Assembly (NCBI RefSeq): GCF_051307035.1
Contig: NZ_CP195536.1
Coordinates: 1,740,001 to 1,772,000 of the forward strand
Source of the DNA: Psychrobacter sp. DM4
GTDB lineage: Bacteria; Pseudomonadota; Gammaproteobacteria; Pseudomonadales; Moraxellaceae
Direction of reading: 5' to 3'
Length of the DNA: 32,000 bases
Shown: piece by piece, positions 1 through 9,354 of the stretch
Layout of the letters: every line of letters starts with the position of its first letter
Numbering within the stretch: position 1 is the first letter of the stretch
Made by a program: the position numbers and the translations under genes
Notes under the pieces: model-generated
What the model saw: only the letters and a program-made list of their open reading frames with translations
Database searches by the model: none
What the model was told of the DNA's origin: nothing

Positions 1-2
1 CA

Positions 3-317
3 GTGCGTTTACAATGGACCAATACAGGCAAGGCAACTGAGCAGCTATATACACAGAACAAGGACGACGCGATAATAGCGGCCTTTAAAGACTGGCGTTT
101 TTTTGGTCGTGTTGATGTGCTCTATAAGAACCGTCAGCAAACGCTAGTTAGTATCGATGAACACGACGTAAATGATGAGCCTGTGCTCATTGTCGATGCC
201 AGTCCCGAATATCAACAGCTACCAGCTACTCACGCTCTATCAGCTATCGCTAAAATCGAGACAGAAAAAGACAAGTTGCCTTGGTTTGAGGCTGCTATCT
301 TAGAGCGCCTTGAGTAA
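3..317 (+). CDS. hypothetical protein, C-terminal part of an ORF open to the left window edge
   Basis: Frame-3 ORF has no stop before 315-317 and runs off the 5' edge. I see no recognisable motif. It sits 53 nt upstream of ilvD on the same strand. Confidence 0.35.
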   Translation: MRLQWTNTGKATEQLYTQNKDDAIIAAFKDWRFFGRVDVLYKNRQQTLVSIDEHDVNDEPVLIVDASPEYQQLPATHALSAIAKIETEKDKLPWFEAAILERLE

Positions 318-370
318 TAGCTCTTTTTAAACGTGTCATTACAACTCTATTTATTTGTAAGGAATATCAC

Positions 371-2257
371 ATGGATTATCGCTCAAAAACCTCTACCGGT
401 GGTCGTAACATGGCAGGTGCACGAGCACTCTGGCGGGCAACTGGCATGACCGATGGCGACTTTGGCAAACCCATCATTGCGATTGCCAACTCATTTACCC
501 AGTTCGTACCGGGTCATGTGCATCTAAAAGACTTAGGTCAACTGGTCGCACGTGAGATTGAGCAAGCAGGCGGCGTTGCAAAAGAGTTCAATACCATTGC
601 CGTCGATGACGGTATCGCGATGGGTCACAGTGGTATGCTGTACTCCCTACCAAGTCGTGATTTGATTGCGGACTCTGTGGAATATATGGTCAATGCTCAT
701 TGTGCCGATGCGCTTGTGTGTATCTCTAACTGCGATAAAATCACTCCCGGTATGTTGATGGCAGCAATGCGCCTCAATATTCCAGTGGTATTTGTCTCAG
801 GCGGGCCCATGGAAGCGGGCAAAATTCTTGCCAGTACGGTCGGTCAAAGCCATAACAACGAAGACAGTAAAGGCAGTACCATTCGTAAACTGGATCTCGT
901 CGATGCGATGATGGATGCCGCTGACGATAGTATTAGTGATGAAGATGTCGCTGCTATAGAAGTCTCAGCGTGTCCCACTTGTGGTTCATGCTCTGGTATG
1001 TTTACTGCCAACTCGATGAACTGCTTAACCGAAGCCTTGGGATTGGCCTTACCGGGTAATGGCTCGTTACTCGCCACTCATTCACTGCGCCGTGAGCTGT
1101 TTTTAGAAGCTGGGCGCACTATTGTCTCGCTTGCCAAACGTCGCTATGAGCAAGATGATGACTCGGTATTGCCGCGCTCCATCGCTAGCAAAGCGGCGTT
1201 CGAGAACGCCATGACATTAGATATCGCGATGGGTGGCTCGACCAATACTATTTTGCATTTGTTGGCAGCAGCGAACGAAGCAGAACTTGACTTTAAAATG
1301 TCAGATGTCGATCGTCTAAGTCGCGGTGTGCCTTGCCTAGCAAAAGTCGCTCCTGCCTCGCAAAAATACCATATGGAAGATGTGCATCGTGCCGGCGGTG
1401 TCTTTGCATTATTGGCCGAGCTTGATCGTGCTGGATTATTGAAGACTGACGTACCAACTATCCATAGCGCGACGATGAAAGCGGCGATTGATAAATGGGA
1501 CATCATGAACCCTGATAATCAAGAAGCACGCGCGCGCTTCCTTGCAGCACCTGGTGGCGTACGCACCACTGAGGCATTTTCACAATCAAAAGAATGGTCA
1601 AACCTCGACGTCAACCGTGAGTCAGGTTGCATCCGTAGCGCCAAGCATGCTTATTCAGAAGATGGTGGCCTTGCAGTACTATACGGTAATATTGCTGAGC
1701 GCGGCTGCGTGGTCAAGACCGCAGGCGTCGATGAGAGTATCTTAACGTTTACGGGTCGTGCGCGTATTTTTGAATCACAAGATGATGCGGTAGAAGCGGT
1801 ACTTAGTGACGACATAGTCGCAGGCGATGTGGTTATTATTCGTTATGAGGGTCCAAAAGGTGGCCCTGGTATGCAAGAGATGCTCTATCCAACGACTTAT
1901 CTGAAGTCAAAAGGTCTAGGTAAGGAGTGTGCCCTACTCACTGACGGTCGCTTCTCTGGTGGCACTTCAGGATTGTCCATTGGTCATGCCAGCCCAGAGG
2001 CCGCTGAAGGCGGCGCTATCGGTTTAGTGGTCGAAGGCGATACCATACACATCGACATCCCCAATCGTACGATTAACATGCAAGTGAGTGACGCCGATCT
2101 AGCAGCGCGGCGCACCCAGATGGACGCTCGTGATCGCGATGCATGGAAACCTGTAAGCCGCGTGCGTCATGTATCCCCAGCTTTGCGTGCTTATGCGGCA
2201 ATGACGACTAGTGCTGATACGGGCGCAGTACGTGATGTTAGCCAAGTTGAGCGCTAA
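371..2257 (+). CDS. ilvD: dihydroxy-acid dehydratase
   Basis: 628 aa. IlvD/Edd family motifs [30 protein letters not shown] and the Fe-S cysteine region [19 protein letters not shown] are present. C-terminal [26 protein letters not shown] is typical. AAGGA lies 7 nt upstream of the ATG. Confidence 0.97.
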   Translation: MDYRSKTSTGGRNMAGARALWRATGMTDGDFGKPIIAIANSFTQFVPGHVHLKDLGQLVAREIEQAGGVAKEFNTIAVDDGIAMGHSGMLYSLPSRDLIADSVEYMVNAHCADALVCISNCDKITPGMLMAAMRLNIPVVFVSGGPMEAGKILASTVGQSHNNEDSKGSTIRKLDLVDAMMDAADDSISDEDVAAIEVSACPTCGSCSGMFTANSMNCLTEALGLALPGNGSLLATHSLRRELFLEAGRTIVSLAKRRYEQDDDSVLPRSIASKAAFENAMTLDIAMGGSTNTILHLLAAANEAELDFKMSDVDRLSRGVPCLAKVAPASQKYHMEDVHRAGGVFALLAELDRAGLLKTDVPTIHSATMKAAIDKWDIMNPDNQEARARFLAAPGGVRTTEAFSQSKEWSNLDVNRESGCIRSAKHAYSEDGGLAVLYGNIAERGCVVKTAGVDESILTFTGRARIFESQDDAVEAVLSDDIVAGDVVIIRYEGPKGGPGMQEMLYPTTYLKSKGLGKECALLTDGRFSGGTSGLSIGHASPEAAEGGAIGLVVEGDTIHIDIPNRTINMQVSDADLAARRTQMDARDRDAWKPVSRVRHVSPALRAYAAMTTSADTGAVRDVSQVER

Positions 2258-2302
2258 GCGCAAGAATTTTGGTTTCATACTCCAAACACAATAATCATCT
2301 CA

Positions 2303-2326
2303 GTCAGCATTCGTGCTGGCTTTCTT
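2303..2326 (+). terminator. putative rho-independent terminator of ilvD
   Basis: Stem GTCAGCA (2303-2309) / TGCTGGC (2314-2320) has one G-U pair and a TTCG loop, followed by TTTCTT. It lies 46 nt after the ilvD stop. Confidence 0.5.
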
Positions 2327-2453
2327 GTGCCCAAAAATCACTACCAAAACACAACGTATTTGCGTCTCTGATAACGTTTTTTTGCGAAAATGTGATTACT
2401 TTATCGTCATTATAAGTGACGTTTTATTAGCAACCTTTTGTCCTTATTATTAG

Positions 2454-2728
2454 GGTCTGTTGAACATTCAAATGTGGAACTGGCAGTGGCTATTTTTTAG
2501 ACAATACGCAGTGAAATTTTTGATGCCTAGTCATTCTAGGTTAGACAATTTCGCCATGTATTGGCAAAAAATAGCCCTGCCCTAAAAGGCTGATGCTAAA
2601 ATCACCCCAAACGTTGTTGTAAACCTCGCTAAGGTCTCGACATTATCGTCGATTTACGCCTGATCTAATAAAAAGTTTGATGCGATTTTAGCGATCAGCA
2701 GTCCTAATATTTGAATGTTCAACAGACC
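2454..2728. mobile_element. MITE-like non-coding element with perfect 20-bp terminal inverted repeats (alternatively a structured cis-regulatory RNA)
   Basis: GGTCTGTTGAACATTCAAAT (2454-2473) is the exact reverse complement of ATTTGAATGTTCAACAGACC (2709-2728). TTA flanks both ends. Two long internal imperfect hairpins occur at 2482-2498/2566-2581 and 2589-2603/2684-2699. No ORF of 60 aa or more lies inside. Confidence 0.45.
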
Positions 2729-2748
2729 TTAAATACAACAATAAACTG

Positions 2749-4008
2749 GTGCAGGCAAATCTTATGATTGAGAATTACAATCAGCTTTTATTAATCGGCG
2801 GTATGGCTTTTTTGTTTGGCTCTCTATTTCCATTGATATCCAAGCGTATTCCTATCTCTTTGCCTATATTACAAGTGACCTTTGGGGCGCTTATTGGTTA
2901 CTTTTGGATCACGCTGTCGTTTTTAAATCCGCTTGAGAACGGCATTATCATAGAAAAGCTCACCGAGATTGTTGTATTGGTATCCTTGGTTGGCGCTGGT
3001 ATAAAAATCGATACTGAATTGGCTTGGCGACTATGGCGTCCAACCGTACGCTTACTATTGATTACGATGCCTATTGGCATATTTGCGATGGCAATTCTTG
3101 GCTACTATACTTTTGGTTTGAGTCTTGGCGCTGCTATCTTATTAGGAGCTGTATTAGCGCCAACCGATCCCGTACTGGCCTCTAGTATTCAGGTTGGGCC
3201 GCCCAATACAGGCAATGAGGACACCCCAAGATTTACCTTAACCTCAGAGGCAGGACTCAATGACGGTCTCGCCTTTCCCTTTGTATATCTAGCGATAAAG
3301 GTGGCAGAAGCTTATAGCGAAGGCAAGCGCTTTAGCCTTGAGATGCTTGGGTCATGGTTCTTGCAAGATGTGCTATGGCAGATTAGCATAGGCGTGCTTG
3401 TCGGCGTCATCGTCGGCAAGCTTATGGCAAAGGTGGTTTTTTCAAAGTATACTCGTGAGACGACTATCTCTCAGGGTTACGTAGTCATTGCGTTGACGTT
3501 GTTGTCTTATGGCATAGCGGAGTACGTCCATAGCTATGGCTTTATCGCCGTATTCGTCGCCGCTTTTTCGTTTCGGCGTTCAGAATGCGAGCACAGTTAT
3601 CACGAAGAATTACATGACTTTGCCGAGCAATCTGAAGGGTTGCTCATGTCATTGGTACTCGTGACTTTTGGCATGCTCGTGGGTCAAGGATTGCAATCTG
3701 ACATTGAGCTTACTTGGCAAGTCTATATCGTCAGCTTTATATTCTTGCTAATAATAAGGCCTATTGGCGGCATTATCGCCTTATCTGGACTCGATATGCA
3801 CCGCACCGAAAAGTATGCGGTGTCGGCTTTGGGTATTCGCGGTATCGGCACGCTATATTATCTATCCTATGCGCTCAATCAAGGTTATTTTGCAGATGAA
3901 GACGCCATCAAACTATGGGTCGTCTGTAGTATTGTCATCTTGATATCTATCTTTATACATGGTCTGAGTGCACCTAAACTGCTAAAGATGACGCCTGATA
4001 TCGACTAA
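2749..4008 (+). CDS. cation:proton (Na+/H+) antiporter, CPA1/NhaP-like family
   Basis: 419 aa polytopic membrane protein. Na+/H+ exchanger family regions ILLGAVLAPTDPVLASSIQ and TSEAGLNDGLAFPF are present. The ORF opens with GTG at 2749. ATG at 2764 (MIENYNQ...) is an equally plausible start. Confidence 0.85.
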   Translation: MQANLMIENYNQLLLIGGMAFLFGSLFPLISKRIPISLPILQVTFGALIGYFWITLSFLNPLENGIIIEKLTEIVVLVSLVGAGIKIDTELAWRLWRPTVRLLLITMPIGIFAMAILGYYTFGLSLGAAILLGAVLAPTDPVLASSIQVGPPNTGNEDTPRFTLTSEAGLNDGLAFPFVYLAIKVAEAYSEGKRFSLEMLGSWFLQDVLWQISIGVLVGVIVGKLMAKVVFSKYTRETTISQGYVVIALTLLSYGIAEYVHSYGFIAVFVAAFSFRRSECEHSYHEELHDFAEQSEGLLMSLVLVTFGMLVGQGLQSDIELTWQVYIVSFIFLLIIRPIGGIIALSGLDMHRTEKYAVSALGIRGIGTLYYLSYALNQGYFADEDAIKLWVVCSIVILISIFIHGLSAPKLLKMTPDID

Positions 4009-4107
4009 TTTATGATCCTAATGAATAAGTGATTAAAAGGTCGCGACTATCATGGCTTTTATCGTAAGATAAAACGGCAGTTTTGATTTTTACTTAGTGG
4101 TTACTCA

Positions 4108-5487
4108 CTAAACTCGTTCTTTATCAATCAAATAAAGAATGGCTTCTGTTAACGCAAACTGACGAATATCGCCTAGCATAGTGGTATCAAAATTATGCAC
4201 ATAGGCAAACGATAATTGCCGTGATGGATCACACCAAGCGACCGAACCGTTGTAGCCCATGTGACCAAAACCAGCTTCAGTATCGGTACAGACGCTAAAC
4301 AGACGATGATAACCAAGACGCCATTTCATTACCGCAGGCATAACCGCGTCCATACCGTTTGACTGTACTGATGAGAGCTGCGTGAACGTTTGCTTGTTAA
4401 TGATTGTTTTGCCTTGCCATACCCCGCCATCAGCGAGCATCGCATAAATAGTCGCTAGTGCATCGGCTGAGGCAACGGCGTTGGCGGCGGGTATGATGGC
4501 TTGTAATACCTCATCAGTGTAGTAATTAATAGGCTGCATGTTAGAAGGCACTAACGCAGCTCTGTAGTTGTTGGCATTGATAGCGCTATGATCAAAATAT
4601 AAACGATTAATTTGATCGGTAGTTAATTTATCAGTCTTGGTTTGAGGATGTGCCGATACTGTCTCATTGTCAGACACCAACTGTTGCCAACAAGCATAGC
4701 TTGGCAAGCTCTCATAGGTCTCTAGCGTGCTTGGTGAGTCCACTTTCAATACAGGTTTATGACGTTTAGCGCCTAGTTGTGAGCTGCCTTGCTGTAATGG
4801 CTTAAAATCCTTGCCAAGTTTGGCAACTGTATGCACCTTGTCAGCGGGCACGCCAAAATAGCAGCTATCTGCTATGCCCAGTGGCTCTGTTAAATAATGG
4901 CGCAAAGCTTGCGCTAGCGTCATATTGGTAGCGGCTTCTATCAAACCGCCAAGCACCCAACCAAAGATCAAAGCGCTATAAGCACTCTCATATCTATCCG
5001 TATCATCACTAGCACTCTTATCACCTTGATCTGGATGAGTTGTCGGCATCGCTGCGACTTTTGCCAGCATAGCCTGCCAATCGATTAGCGTCTCGCTATT
5101 TGTCTCAATAGACGCAATTGCAAATAGATTGGCCTGATGCGATAGAACATCTCTTAGAGTAATATCGGCTTTGTTATTAGCCGCGAAATCTGACCAATAG
5201 CTAGCAATGGACGTATCGTAGTTTAGCAGTCCTTGTGAGACCAAGACATGAATCAGCGTCGCTAACACCCCTTTGCCTGTAGAAAAGTTCAGAGACAACG
5301 TATCGGACTGCCAAGGGGTCTCAAGCCGTGCCATACCGATACTAACTTTTGCGATGCACGCGCCTTTTTGATAGACGACCAACGAGCCGCCTACTGGTGC
5401 GTCGTTTAATTGTAAATCAGAAAGAACTTGCTCTAGGCGCTGTTGAAACTGAGTATCAATAGTAGTAGTGCTGTTAGCTTTGGTCAT
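4108..5487 (-). CDS. serine hydrolase, beta-lactamase/EstB-like family
   Basis: 459 aa. An S-x-x-K nucleophile motif (FSTGKGV) lies near the N-terminus. C-terminal GHMGYNGSVAWCDP resembles the GHxGxxGs box of PF00144-type proteins. Substrate is unknown. Confidence 0.8.
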   Translation of the reverse strand: MTKANSTTTIDTQFQQRLEQVLSDLQLNDAPVGGSLVVYQKGACIAKVSIGMARLETPWQSDTLSLNFSTGKGVLATLIHVLVSQGLLNYDTSIASYWSDFAANNKADITLRDVLSHQANLFAIASIETNSETLIDWQAMLAKVAAMPTTHPDQGDKSASDDTDRYESAYSALIFGWVLGGLIEAATNMTLAQALRHYLTEPLGIADSCYFGVPADKVHTVAKLGKDFKPLQQGSSQLGAKRHKPVLKVDSPSTLETYESLPSYACWQQLVSDNETVSAHPQTKTDKLTTDQINRLYFDHSAINANNYRAALVPSNMQPINYYTDEVLQAIIPAANAVASADALATIYAMLADGGVWQGKTIINKQTFTQLSSVQSNGMDAVMPAVMKWRLGYHRLFSVCTDTEAGFGHMGYNGSVAWCDPSRQLSFAYVHNFDTTMLGDIRQFALTEAILYLIDKERV

Positions 5488-5583
5488 AATAATTCCATTT
5501 ATAGTGACTTGAACAGAGTGATTGATACCTGTTATCTTGAGAATATTTGTCTAAAAAATAAGTACTAAGTATGTATCATTGAT

Positions 5584-5608
5584 AAAAAAAGGCAACCTGA
5601 AGGTCACC
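5584..5608 (-). terminator. putative rho-independent terminator (minus strand) after the phosphatase-like gene
   Basis: On the minus strand GGTGACC-TTCA-GGTTGCC forms a 7-bp stem with two G-U pairs, followed by TTTTTTT. It lies about 50 nt downstream of the stop at 5658. Confidence 0.5.
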
Positions 5609-5657
5609 TATTCTCTATCAAGACCGTTGTCTTTTAGAACTAGCGATAATCTTTTGA

Positions 5658-6197
5658 TTATCTTGGTACTAGCAAACGGTTACGCACTTCTTCCTCTAAA
5701 CTACCTAGTCCATGACTATATCCGCGCGCCATAGCCGTATCCATCTTACGACCGCGTAGCCAGCCAGCACGCAAAGCAGAGGCGGCGCCAACACGATTGC
5801 CAGAGCCGCAATGTATTACAACTTTTTTACCATGATGCTGACGCAATATATTATCGAACGCCAGTATATTAAGCTGCTTTAGATCTTTAGCGCCGCTAAT
5901 TGGCAATTGCTCATAGCTCATGCCTGCTTGCTGAACCGCATGGGCCTCATCAAATTTTAGCTCATCGTCGGGTTGTAGATTGATGACAAGCTCAACGCCT
6001 GCTTTTGCAAGCCCTGCTATTTTGTCATCATCTAGTGCCCCGCAAACGATGGTTCGCTCATCGGGACGAAAATAGGGATGTAGAACTTGATTGAGCGCCG
6101 CGCCATTATCAGTAGCGCTATACTCATCAAAATTGGCAGCGTCGTTTGTATTGGCATTACCATGTATATCAACTGGGTTTTGAGTAGATTCAGTCAT
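5658..6197 (-). CDS. DUF442/TIGR01244-type nonclassical phosphatase-like protein (CX4R motif)
   Basis: 179 aa. VVIHCGSGNRVGAASALRAGW contains an HCxxGxR P-loop one residue shorter than classical PTP CX5R, as in the DUF442 family. The N-terminal ~35 aa form a low-complexity extension. Confidence 0.65.
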   Translation of the reverse strand: MTESTQNPVDIHGNANTNDAANFDEYSATDNGAALNQVLHPYFRPDERTIVCGALDDDKIAGLAKAGVELVINLQPDDELKFDEAHAVQQAGMSYEQLPISGAKDLKQLNILAFDNILRQHHGKKVVIHCGSGNRVGAASALRAGWLRGRKMDTAMARGYSHGLGSLEEEVRNRLLVPR

Positions 6198-6306
6198 AAA
6201 ATTTTTATATGCGATGGTGAATAAAAGTTGCTATCGTTAGGCGCTTATCACTGATCCCTCAGTTATAAGCGCCCACCATAAAAGGCTGTAAACAATTACT
6301 ATAAAA

Positions 6307-7215
6307 CTAGTCGTTATCGCCCAATAGCTCAATGTGACCTGAGAGATGCGGCTTGTCGTTTTTTGCGCTATACAGACCGAACACACACTTATCCGATGCA
6401 TCTTTAAGCTTGGCCATAGGTTCAGAGATTAACTCTACTTCTGAGGGCAAGAATATAGGCAGCTTAAAGGACACCTCAACCTTGCAAGCATCAGGCAAGT
6501 CGCCAATGAGCGCCAAACTTTTGGCCTTTGACCACATTCCATGCGCGATCGCTTTTGGGAAACCAAAGGCGCGAGCAGATAAAGGATGCAAGTGGATCAG
6601 ATTAAAGTCGCCTGAGATAAAGGCATAACGACGACCGATATCCTCTGGCACCTCAAAGATACTGTGTACGCCGTCCTCATCAATCATAGGTTTAACTGTC
6701 ACTTGGCGCGGTGCGCTTTTTTTACTGGTGCTTCCCGCTTTTTTGCTGCGAGATAGATACGTTGATGTTCCCTGCCAAACCGTATCTTCACCTGATTTAA
6801 CAAGGGTGACAAAGTCAAACTGCTGGCCTTGATTATGCTCACGCAGATTATCAAAAGCAACAGACATGGTAACCGTTTCGCGCTCACCGATGGGGCGGTA
6901 CTGAGTGACACTGTTGTCCACATGGACCAAGCCTAGCATCGCAAAAGGAAAGGACTCTTTGACCATCATATTCATCTGTAGCGCTTGTGATAATACAGAA
7001 AAATAAGTAATCGGTATTTTACCATTGTCAAGAAAGCCGCAAATCTTGCGATAATCGTCCAAGTTGCCTTGATCGATATGTAAGTTTTCGACATAATAAG
7101 TAGCGTTTGGTAATGAGTCTTTGCTGGCCTTTTCACCGATAGGTAGCAGGCTTTTGATAATATTAGCGTAAGTGGTATGCGCTTTTGGCAACGCATCAAA
7201 ATATTTGTCTGGCAT
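6307..7215 (-). CDS. MaoC-like (R)-specific enoyl-CoA hydratase/3-hydroxyacyl dehydratase (HtdX-like)
   Basis: 302 aa double hot-dog size. The C-terminal MaoC hydratase motif FISGDFNLIHLHPLSARAFGFPKAIAHGMW is present. It lies downstream of the FabG4-like reductase on the same strand. Confidence 0.85.
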   Translation of the reverse strand: MPDKYFDALPKAHTTYANIIKSLLPIGEKASKDSLPNATYYVENLHIDQGNLDDYRKICGFLDNGKIPITYFSVLSQALQMNMMVKESFPFAMLGLVHVDNSVTQYRPIGERETVTMSVAFDNLREHNQGQQFDFVTLVKSGEDTVWQGTSTYLSRSKKAGSTSKKSAPRQVTVKPMIDEDGVHSIFEVPEDIGRRYAFISGDFNLIHLHPLSARAFGFPKAIAHGMWSKAKSLALIGDLPDACKVEVSFKLPIFLPSEVELISEPMAKLKDASDKCVFGLYSAKNDKPHLSGHIELLGDND

Positions 7216-7339
7216 AAGTCAATCCTAGTGAGGCAAGTTTAATAACTGTAAAAAATCTAAAGCAAATTGGGTTGATGTCGCTAGCAGCAGTTCCTGTTTA
7301 AAAAGAATCAAACACGCCTTCCGTTTGTGTTTTTATCAT

Positions 7340-7361
7340 AAAAAAGCCACCCTAGGGCAGC
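7340..7361 (-). terminator. putative rho-independent terminator between reductase and dehydratase genes
   Basis: On the minus strand GCTGCCCTAGGGTGGC forms a stem with two G-U pairs around a CTAG loop, followed by TTTTTT. It lies ~90 nt after the reductase stop. Confidence 0.45.
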
Positions 7362-7452
7362 TTAATTTATATTTATTAGTAATAATTTGTGATTTTATAT
7401 TAATTTAGTCAATACTATCAACAATTTAACATATCTTAGAAAGAGTAAGTCA

Positions 7453-8853
7453 TTAAGCACCTAATAAGCTTTGACCACATACGCGTACCGTATTACCGTT
7501 CAAACCGCCAGAGGCAGGCGAGGCAAACCAAGCGATAGTCTCAGCCACATCGACTGGCAGGCCACCTTGGCTCATTGAGTTCATACGGCGACCTGCTTCA
7601 CGAATAGCAAACGGAATAGCTTCTGTCATTTGCGTCTCAATGAATCCTGGCGCAACCGCATTGATCGTCATACCCTTGTCATTAGCATCTAACTGCTTGG
7701 CCGTTGAATTGACTAGGCCGATAACGCCAGCTTTTGAAGTCGCATAATTGGTCTGACCCATATTACCTGCGATCCCTGAGATTGACGAGACACAAACGAT
7801 ACGCGCATCATTCTTTAAGACATCATTATCAAGCAAGTAGCGATTGATTCTGGCAATACTACCTAAATTGATGTTGATGACCATATCCCACTTTTGCTCA
7901 TCCATATTAGCAAGCGTCTTATCACGAGTCACGCCAGCGTTATGAATGACAGCATCAAGTCCGCCACGTTTTTGCGCGGCTTCTGCAATCTCTTGACCTG
8001 CATCGTCACTAGTGATATCAACCGTTAGAACGGAACCACTAATCTCACTTGCGACCTTTTGCAAGTCCGCTTGCTGCTGCGGGACGTCTAGACAGATCAC
8101 GTGAGCGCCTTCACGAGCCAATACGCGTGCAATCGCTTCACCGATACCGCGACTAGCGCCTGTCACTAGCATCGTTTTGCCAGCAAGTGGCTGCGTCCAA
8201 TCGATATCAACCGCATTGCCTGCGCTGACACGAACGACCTGTCCTGAGACATAAGCTGAGCGTGCTGAAGTAAAGAAGCGCAAGGTTGACTCTAGATTAT
8301 CTTCAGCGCCCGCACTAACGTAAACAAGCTGCGCTGTAACACCGCGCTTAAACTCTTTGCCTACTGACTTAACGAAACCTTCAAGCGCACGCTGTGCCAA
8401 TGCGGTTTCGATATCATCGATAGATTCTGGCGGACGACCAATGATGATGACGCGACCTGATTTTTCTACGCGGCGTGCAACCGTATGGAAGAACTCATAA
8501 ACCGCTTTTAGACCCTCTGCGCTACTGATATTACTGGCATCAAATAACAATATTTTAAACTTATCTTCGCTACCAGTATTGGCTTTTGCTTCAATACCAG
8601 CGTCGGCGAGCACCTCTTTGATATCATCACTACTATTGACGAATACTTCAGCATGTAGCTCTGATAAGATACGGCCAATAGACGCGCTTACGCGGTTGTC
8701 TTCACCTGCAGCGGCGCCTACGAGCACGCTACCGCGCACTAAACGTTGACCACTCTCAAAACGATCAAGGGTCACAGGCTGCGGCAAACCAAGGTTTTTG
8801 GCTACTTTTTTACCTAGCGAAGATTGAACGAAATCACCATAACGGTCTGACAT
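7453..8853 (-). CDS. two-domain high-molecular-weight 3-oxoacyl-(ACP/CoA) reductase, FabG4-like SDR
   Basis: 466 aa. The C-terminal half is a classical SDR with LVTGASRGIGEAIARVLAREGAHV (TGxxxGxG) and the catalytic YATSKAGVIGL (YxxxK). The ~220-aa N-terminal extra domain matches FabG4-type enzymes. Confidence 0.9.
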   Translation of the reverse strand: MSDRYGDFVQSSLGKKVAKNLGLPQPVTLDRFESGQRLVRGSVLVGAAAGEDNRVSASIGRILSELHAEVFVNSSDDIKEVLADAGIEAKANTGSEDKFKILLFDASNISSAEGLKAVYEFFHTVARRVEKSGRVIIIGRPPESIDDIETALAQRALEGFVKSVGKEFKRGVTAQLVYVSAGAEDNLESTLRFFTSARSAYVSGQVVRVSAGNAVDIDWTQPLAGKTMLVTGASRGIGEAIARVLAREGAHVICLDVPQQQADLQKVASEISGSVLTVDITSDDAGQEIAEAAQKRGGLDAVIHNAGVTRDKTLANMDEQKWDMVININLGSIARINRYLLDNDVLKNDARIVCVSSISGIAGNMGQTNYATSKAGVIGLVNSTAKQLDANDKGMTINAVAPGFIETQMTEAIPFAIREAGRRMNSMSQGGLPVDVAETIAWFASPASGGLNGNTVRVCGQSLLGA

Positions 8854-9354
8854 AGTATGCTCCTATTAATGAAAATTTAAGTATTTATGCTTATTAAAAT
8901 TTGTCCTATTGAAAATGTGTCCTTATCATGTCGGTAAGAACCGCTTACAACCAAGACTTGAGTTAATTAATTCAGATGGCTTATTATAGACTGATAAAGT
9001 GTCCAGTCATATAGACACGGCAGTTACTTTCTACTGCTTTAAAAAAGGCAGGCTTGTGCTAAAATAAACACTACAAATTATAGCTAACTGATAAAGATAT
9101 AACAATATGTTATCAAAGCTACCGATTCGTCTCTCTTTGTAGTTCTACTTCGCCTATATTCTATATGAAAAAGACTCCCTGTTAGTTTATAGAGACGATC
9201 TGCAGGATATAAGCGCTTTAGTTTGCTAATAAGCTACACTTTGAAGCAAAAAAATCATTATTATAAGTACCATTTATAGACACAAGGCGCTTGCACTTGA
9301 TCAGAGTGCTAAGTTAGATTTTATTTTTCAACCTACATATATGAGGACAAGATT

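Noticed and set aside
1144-1506. 120-aa ORF antisense to ilvD (also 844-1077 on the minus strand and 1542-1745 in another plus-strand frame)
   Set aside because: These ORFs lie entirely inside a very well-supported ilvD reading frame. The translations are low-complexity Ser/Ala-rich with no motifs and no RBS. They are typical shadow ORFs of a coding region.
2473-2480. TGTGGAAC resembling a parS half-site (TGTTCCACGTGGAACA type) inside the MITE-like element
   Set aside because: Only one half-site is present, with no CACGTG core or palindromic partner. It is far from parAB and is probably chance.
3714-3899. 61-aa alternative-frame ORF inside the antiporter gene (and 2898-3080 on the minus strand)
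   Set aside because: It is embedded in a well-supported membrane-protein frame and has no start signals or motifs.
6240-6273. 9-bp-stem hairpin GGCGCTTAT...ATAAGCGCC downstream of the MaoC gene as a terminator
   Set aside because: The hairpin is real, but no U-tract follows it on the minus strand and the loop is 16 nt. It is not reported as a terminator. It could be a REP-like or RNA-stability element.
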